Assembly (NCBI GenBank): GCA_965649825.1
Contig: OZ287708.1
Coordinates: 13,001-77,000 of the forward strand
Origin: Penicillus capitatus
Lineage: Eukaryota > Plantae > Chlorophyta
DNA length: 64,000 nt
Direction: 5' to 3'
Position 1 is the first letter of the stretch. The number at the start of each line of letters is the position of its first letter. Positions 56,920 to 64,000 of this stretch are shown piece after piece. Under the pieces are notes generated by a model, which made no database searches, was not told where the DNA came from, and saw only the letters and a list, made by a program, of their open reading frames with translations. The position numbers and the translations under genes are program-made.

Positions 56920-57580
56920 AACAATCGAGGCTGGAGTCCATCAGGTATGCTGCTCTTTAGATGCCAAAAAACCGACAGTCGAGGATATAGATCTTCATGT
57001 CTGCTGCTCTTCAGATGTCAGATCAACTGGAGTCCTTGAGGTATGCTGCCTTCAGATGCCAAATCAACTGGAGTCCTTGAGGTATGCTGCCTTCAGATGC
57101 CAAATCAACTGGAGTCCTTGAGGTATGCTGCCTTCAGATGCCAAATCAACTGGAGTCCTTGAGGTATACTGCCTTCAGATGCCAAAAAACCGACAGTCGA
57201 GGATAGAGTTCTTCAGGTATGCTGCCTTCAGATGCCAAATCAACCAGAGTTCTTCACAGATGCCGCCCTCAGATGTCTTCAGGTAAGCCGCTCTTCAGAT
57301 GTCTTCACAGATGCCGCCTTCAGATGTCTTCAGGTAAGCTGCTCTTCGGATGTCTTCGCAGATGCCGCATTCAGATGTCGACTTCATGTTTGCCGCCCTC
57401 AGATGTCTTCAGGTAAGCCGCTCTTCAGATGTCAAATCAGCTGGAGTCCTTCACAGATGCCGCATTCAGATGTCTTCATGTTTGCCGCCTTCGGATGTCT
57501 TCACAGATGCCGCATTCAGATGTCGTCTTCATGTTTGCCGCCCTCAGATGTCTTCAGGTAAGCTGCTCTTCAGATGTCAT
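56920..57580. repeat. Minisatellite: 41-bp units (AATCAACTGGAGTCCTTGAGGTATGCTGCCTTCAGATGCCA) grading into shorter CAGATGTCTTC-based units
   Basis: Direct tandem repetition visible at 57020-57180 and degenerate derivatives to ~57580. Confidence 0.85.
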
Positions 57581-57607
57581 ACAACCGATAATCGAGGATG
57601 GAGTTCT

Positions 57608-59370
57608 TCAGATACAAAATGGTAGTCGTGCGTATGTCTTGGTGGAATAGTCTTTGTCTGTATCGGGTTTTTTAAGAATATTGGCACTCAGTCCTAGCAG
57701 GTTCTTTGTCAGCGGATCCTCCTGTGTAATCTTCTCTTCCATTTCACACAACCGATTTTCCAGTCTATGAACAGACAAAGGAATTTACACTTCATCTGAA
57801 TGTCTCTTCGTGTTGTTTTATTTGCTTTACAGGCAAATGGCATTACCTTGTGTGTTCTTGGTCAATCGATGCCTCCGAAAGCAGGGGTGCTGGCTGACTT
57901 CCCTGTTGCAACGTCTGCTTCAGCAAATCCAGTTTTATACGCGCTTCTTGGTCGACATCTCCCGCCGCCTTATCTAACTGAACAATAAAACATAGAAAGC
58001 GGGCGGCGTTCGGCAGAAAGTACCGCAGACAGAGTGGTCTCTAAAAAGGACAGGAGGTTTTCCGAGTTGTAAGGGAGAAGTCGCGGACATGACGGTTCGA
58101 AGAGTTCTTCTGAGTGGGGTAACCAGGTAGAATACAATTCATAGATGCTCTGGATCTGAGTATTAGCTTCCCGCATGTAAGACCCCGCAGGACCAAGACT
58201 GTGGCCGCAACAGATTTCAGGGACATGAGATGGCCCAGGGGTGAAATGAGGCAGCAGGTTTACTGCAGAAGCGTCTGTCAATCTCCATCGAGACTCGAGA
58301 TCTGTCCGTGCCAACTCTGCCAGTTTCCTCAAAGTCGAACCTGTGCGACATAAAACAGAAAAACAACAGGAGACATCACTTCCAATCTTCTGTGTCGTGA
58401 TTCATGTTGGAGCAATTAGGCAGGGATCAGATAGGCGGATTGTCCGTTCTCGCGACAGGCAGTGGGGTGCCCCCCTGGCCATACGACGCCTCGGGTAAAG
58501 TATAACGCCAGCCGCCGCCCGCAGAAAGCGGGGGCAACCCGACCCACAGCCTAAAGACAAAGGCAAATTAGACAAGGCACATGAAGGAGAGAAAGGGAGC
58601 TTACCTGGGGGTGGCAGCAGCTTGCAGAGCTCGCTTCTGTCGCCATCCACAACCGAGACATTGGCCCGTACAATGCCTCGCCCTACACTGTCACTGTGCG
58701 TTCCCCCTTCAGCGCTGACCAAGGAGTCGAACGCACGCGCGCGCTAATAGAAAAAACAGAAAAAAAAAGAACAGAAAAAATGAAAAACACAAAAACAGAA
58801 AACACACATGCATGCAAATGACAACATGAATAAACAATTAGAAAGAGCAGGGGGCCGGCCTCAAGCCCAGACAACACATAAACAAAAAAACAAACAAACA
58901 TACACATGCAAAAAAATGAAAAAAACAATTAAAGAATTCCTACCCTCTACACATGAAAAGGAAGAATACTACCAAAGTAAAAAAAATCTATCCCCCTAAA
59001 CGCAGAAATTTAAAAACCACCCGGGACAGAAAAAAAAACTAACAAAGACCCTTATAGAAAAAATAAAATTCGGGTCCCGGGTGGGGTCTCCAAGGTCGGC
59101 TGCCTCCGGAGTACTTACTACAACTCCAGATGCAGGGGGCTTGGACCAGCCCGGCGCTTCAGAGCAACGCCGCGTCCCACGCATATGCTCCGCCTGGTCC
59201 CCGCAGAGCTGCATCAGCCAGGTCACCCCCTTCAGGCGACGGCTGCATCTAGAACACAAACACAGTTAGCAACTAGGTCAACATGAGAGTTCGAGTACTT
59301 ACGTGGATTTCCCGAGGACGTCGCTGGCCGGGGAGGTTGGAGGGCGCTCTGTATCCGTTTCTGCCACCAT
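57608..59370 (-). CDS. Putative 7-exon orphan gene ('gene Z') with a coiled-coil-like C-terminus
   Basis: Consensus donors and acceptors give a phase-consistent open frame from MVAETDTERPP to ...YARLPFCI-stop. The 3' exons (STLRKLAELARTDLESRW..., LDKAAGDVDQEARIKLDLL..., LENRLCEMEEK) are the most protein-like. Confidence 0.45.
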
Positions 59371-61741
59371 AAGCTGTCGCCGTTGCCCGGTTCGTTTTGA
59401 TCTGCAGCAACAGACACGTCGTCAAAGAAAGGCGAAGTCGAAAAACTGGCTTACTTGGACCGAAGGCTGCGATTCATGCGCGCAGCCTGTGTGCGTTGCA
59501 TCGTCAGGGTTCGTCAGGCTTGTTTTTCGGCCGCGCGATTTTTGTATCTGCCGACGCCGTTCATGCGTCGACGGTGACCCTGTCTGGCCAATCTCGCTGC
59601 AGCTGTTCTTCAAGGGATGTGGGATCTGCATGGCAACGAAGTAAAACGCAAGACGGCCAAACCTGCGTGTTCGTCCGCCTTCCGCCTTCGAGCATTCGAA
59701 ATGGGGCCGGAAGGACGTTTGCTCTGCCGTTTGGAAAGACGACGGAACAAGCAGCAGACGGCGATAGAGTTCAGACCATGAGGACGTAGACGCCCAGTCG
59801 AAGAAACAAAAGCGGATACAAAATACGACTTCTGCTGTTCGTCGGGGCTTTAAATCCGTGCGGCGGTTCGCAATCCGTCGTCGGCGAAGACGCTGAGCCA
59901 GAGATCAGAGTTCTACTACTGCTAACCTCCCCGCTCACGGATCATCTTGGAAACGACAAGCCGCTGCTGCAGCACTACCACTACGGGGACGGTTCAGCGT
60001 GAATTTGGAGGTATCGCGTCACACAGGCCGACGTCGGGCGATATGTCCGCATGGTGTGCTTGTAGAGAACTGATATCTTTGTCCGAGGGGTTGACGACCT
60101 GGCCGATCACCTGCGTTGAGCTTTGGGACTGGTTAGATCGCACCGAGCTCCTTACGGAGCAATGAATTGCTTTTCTCGACCAAAAAGACCCACACGATGT
60201 GGAACCGTCGAAGGCAGAGACGACATGAAAACACCGACCGGCAGCTTTTCTTCGACAGCGACGAAACACGAAAATGGAAAACCTCACCGAAGTAGGTTTG
60301 TCAAGTCAACTGCTAGACTTCTCGATGTCTAACCGTCGGATAGGAAGGAACTCTCAATTCACTGCAGTGACAATTGCACTGGATGGAATGTGATTGTCTC
60401 CTGTTTACTGATGACCTTTTTCCTTGATTGAACCGTCAGACCTACAATGCTTTCTTCTGAAGGTAAAAGATGGCTCTTTCTGATGGGAGGATCCATTCCT
60501 GAGATAAAGGCATCTCAGTTCGATGGGAAATGGCAGTTCAATCGTTTTCATCTGTCGAAAACGCAATGGGATGAAGGCCTGAGTGGTCATACAAGAAGAA
60601 AACTGTCAGACTGCAGGTAAGTCCTCAACGATCGTTCCAAAGTCACATCAACCATTCAACGCGATTTTGCCCTGAAACAGACGAAAAGTGCACCAGACTG
60701 TTCTATCCGTTCGCATGGACTGAAAGACGAACGACGAGATACGCGTAGCAAGTCCCCGATTTCGTGTCCATTCGAGAGAAGTGGAACGTCATTCGTTGAA
60801 CGAAAGCACATTGGCATCCGGCCTGGTCAAGCCAATGTGTGTCCTTTTTCAATGACAGTAGACCGAAGTGCATGTCGAAACTATTAGCTCTAATTCGAGT
60901 CAGGGTGCCTCATCTCAGCGAATGATTTCGGTAAGAAACGCCTCACTTTAGAACTGAATGTTCAGGGTGTTACACAGACGAATCGGTCGACATTCTTCCC
61001 AGTACCCGTTCCGTTTCGAAGAGTTTTGAAGAACGACTTGATGAAGGTGAAGGTTTCTTTGTCCCAGACACTTCTGAAGCAGAATGCAACACGGCCTGTT
61101 AAACTAGTACATTCCAAAAAACACCTTTGCTTTTGGATGATCGTGCATCGAGTAACTTGTCGGCGATCTGTTTCGTTCAATAAGGCTAAATCTCTGTCGT
61201 TCTCGTTTGACCTGCGGAGCTGATCGTAGAACAGAATAGAATGCTACAACAACTATGCACTTAACAACACGATCATGCCAATACATGACATCCGCTTTGT
61301 GTCGTACGTATACACACATATTCAGATTCTCAGAATGAAATTAAAGCGTCGCTTTGGAGAGCATTACCTAGTTAATGTTATTATTCCGACGCCTGTTTCC
61401 AACAACTTAAAAACTTCAAAAGACGTATGAAGGCAAGAGCTTGTCACTCTTCCTGCGAAAACTGGGTGTTAGGACTTCCGACAAAGTTATCTCGCTTGCC
61501 TTGTTTTTAGACATCAACCGCATTTGGTACACAAACACAAGTTTACTGTGTTTCAAGTCGACCAGAAAAATTCAGCACACTGCATAAATTTTTCGTCTCA
61601 GCGCGTTTTCCTTCTCCTTTAGCTGCAAGAACGCAGATCTCTTCTTCGGTTTTCCTAGACATTGGCAGATAATTGCGGTCGCGAACGTGGCAAGCACTCG
61701 TCGACGCTGTTCCTTTATCAACCGTCGTTTTTCATCTGGTC

Positions 61742-62773
61742 ATGTTGTCTACTACGAAGTGGGCTCTTATCATCATACTTCTCTTTGTTCATGCGTCCGA
61801 CGAGGCTACGGATACAATAACCCTGTTTCAGACATGGACTCCGCGCATCAAAGAAATAGAGGAAGAAATTACGGCGCGTCTTATTGCTCCCGAGGGAAGA
61901 AGATGCGCCTGCAGTCATTTTGCTTGTGGTAAACGGCGAAATGGAGAATTAATGGAATGTCTACACTCTGGCCACAACGAGGACCTGCAATGTGCTTACA
62001 ATGACTGTGGACACATGGCTGTACGTTGTTTCTCCGTGGGTCAGTGTTGCAGCAATTTGCTTTTTGTGCTGTGCAGCTCAGCCTAAACCAGTCATACGTC
62101 ATAACATCACCCTTCGCAGCAGGGGGCAGTTATGTGGATGAAATTAAGAGAGACATCTGTCTGACACAGGTGTTCCTCCACGAGATCGTTGCTTTGCAGA
62201 CTTCTTCTTAGGGACTGGAAAGTGCATTTCAAAGAGCAAGGGGAGAAAATCCGAAAGGATTTGTACCCTGGACTTACTTCGGTGGTTCAGAATCTGGAAT
62301 CCATGTGTAATGTGCTTTTTGCCTTAAGATTTACTAATGCAGAGCATTCATTGGTTTCTAGAGGTTGGCCAGGGAAGCCACGAGAAGAGATTTCACCTGG
62401 AAAGTGTAAAGACTATGATCCAGTCAGCCATCCGAACTCCTGCTACGGATCTCTGTAGATGGATATATGTGTGATTAGAGAATTCGTCCTTGGTGGAGGA
62501 AACATGCTTGCCAAGAGTTGCGACAAGAGACTGTCCTACATCTGCAAGTTCAGATCGGAGGGGCCCTGTGGAGAGAATATTGGCACTATGCCAGACACAG
62601 GCTACTTCACAATCCCGCATCTTGGCGCCTGCATCAATATTTCCAACGCGCTGGAATCGACGCGTCCGCTTCCTCAAGCAAAGAACCTCAGGTCCAGAGA
62701 AGTCGTGTGCAGGTTTGGAACCCCGATGTCAGGCAACGAAGAGGTTATTTGCTGCGACGGCGATGGCAAGTAG
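61742..62773 (+). pseudogene. Chimeric alpha2-delta-like pseudogene: intron-containing N-terminal exons fused to the 3' end of the VWA/C-lectin gene
   Basis: Spliced exons give a signal peptide, ...RDICLTQ, WTYFGG, WPG...CKDYDP|RIRPW. From ~62498 the sequence matches 27546 onward, out of frame. Confidence 0.65.
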
Positions 62774-63835
62774 CTGACTGATTTCATTCTGTTTTGCAAG
62801 GACGTCACGCTAGTGTGACCGCACAACGATACTGTTGAAGTTCCCATTGAAGGAACCGACATTGATTTTGAATCGACTAGTACCAAGACTAGCAGATCTG
62901 TTCCTTGCGCTTACGACTCGTTGAACGTGCAATGTCTCCGCAAAGTCCGGCGAAGAGTCCCGAAGTCCAGTCGACTGGATTGGAAGGCAGAGAGCGCGTC
63001 TCCGCGCAGAATCTCCTCTAGCTTCTGCATCGTTCTGCGGAAAAACGAACGTGCATGGGCGCCACCGCGAACGTCACATCACGCTTGGCTAGCGAGGATG
63101 GCATCCATCCTTCGATATCTCCTGCTGCTCTTCCTCTTCGGCGCATTCTACTTCGCCCTGGTCACAAGGGCGAACTCCAAAGCGGCAACTGAGACGTGCC
63201 CTGCCGTCGACGATGACTGTGCCGTCGACGATGATGAGAACGAATGCGTGCCAAAAGTGAAGAAGCACTGATCTCTGTGCTTGTAGTGAAAATGCCTGAA
63301 TGCACTCTAGGAATGTCCGTGCACGAATGATCGAGAGTGCTGCAGCAGAATCTGCTGCAGTTCGTTAGGGGGACTGCCTGTCTGCTGCTGACACGTCGTT
63401 TTCAGAGAAGAATGCCTCTTCGACGCTCCTCAAAGGAAATGCGAAGGCCGCCTTGACATGACACACTTTTTCCTAAGCTATCTAAGAGTGCAAAGCTGGA
63501 TGTCATATAAGTTGGAAAGGCACTTCTGATCTGAAACATTGCTAGATTTGTTAAGGGAACATTTTCTGGAACAAACACATGACGCTCTCTGCCTGTCTCG
63601 TATACAGAGTCAAAATGTGTTGTGAAGCATCGCGTCGCAGAGCGGAGGAATCGATTTCGGCGCATGGGAAGTTGAAGGGTGTGTCATAGCTGTTAGTCAA
63701 AAGACGGAATCTGAGATCCGTGTGGAGGTTTCTGGAAGTGGTACGCAACAGAGGGAGTCCATGACTCAGGTTCAACGCAGAAGAGTGAGTTGACATAAAA
63801 CTCCTAGTCTCTCTCCTCTTGCATCCACTAACGAA
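62498..63835 (+). repeat. Segmental duplicate of ~27546-28930
   Basis: High collinear similarity covering the lectin gene tail, the Cys-rich peptide gene and the downstream region. Confidence 0.9.
63098..63391 (+). CDS. Small secreted Cys-rich peptide, second copy, 79 aa (exons 63098-63256, 63311-63391)
   Basis: Intact paralog of 28154-28449 with an identical Cys-rich exon. Confidence 0.75.
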
Positions 63836-64000
63836 TGCACGTACGCATTGTATCCAAGAAAACGCATTCGATGCTACCTGCCATCCGACAATGATTACCT
63901 AATAACCAACCAGAACGACGAAACGAGTCACACGGCTATAATTATCCTTAGATTCTGCCCAATGACGCTTAAGTGAGGGAGGGCGCTGGTCAAAAGGAAC

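Noticed and set aside
56920-57580. CRISPR array (also considered for 4423-4612)
   Set aside because: Head-to-tail repeats without unique spacers, no cas genes, eukaryotic context.
59900-61400. Coding-like fragments (e.g. WRYRVTQADVGRYVRM)
   Set aside because: Interrupted by stops and not identifiable by eye.
1-64000. tRNA, rRNA or snRNA genes
   Set aside because: No cloverleaf with A/B boxes and no rRNA or snRNA signature recognised.

Overview
Eukaryotic, repeat-rich window with short (~47-55 bp) GT-AG introns and an OPR-type helical-repeat gene. A chlorophyte alga is a plausible source (inference). Main contents: (1) Two young, full-length Ty3/gypsy-type LTR retroelements (17944-24895 minus; 34162-39799 plus). 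They share TGTCG...CGACA termini, an identical non-canonical 15-nt primer-binding site, an A-AAA-AAC -1 frameshift placed AFTER the protease, and a degenerate dUTPase-like domain ahead of RT. In both, ORF1 starts with a signal peptide and contains an ectodomain and a membrane segment fused upstream of the Zn-knuckle and protease. One has no recognisable capsid; the other carries a torsin/AAA+-like luminal domain. This membrane-anchored Env-Gag-Pro-like architecture is the strongest candidate for an undescribed system. (2) Three full and one partial copy of a ~7-kb unit. It comprises an intact 4-exon Pro-rich orphan gene ('gene Y'), a minisatellite, a decayed RTE-like LINE ORF2 on the same strand, and two near-invariant GC-rich blocks. 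(3) Host genes: an alpha2-delta-like VWA/C-type lectin protein, two copies of a small Cys-rich secreted peptide, a frameshifted GH17 glucanase, a class-C-GPCR-like receptor interrupted by the second LTR element, an OPR protein, a putative 7-exon orphan and a chimeric VWA pseudogene. All domain calls and identity estimates were made by eye from motifs; no database searches were run.
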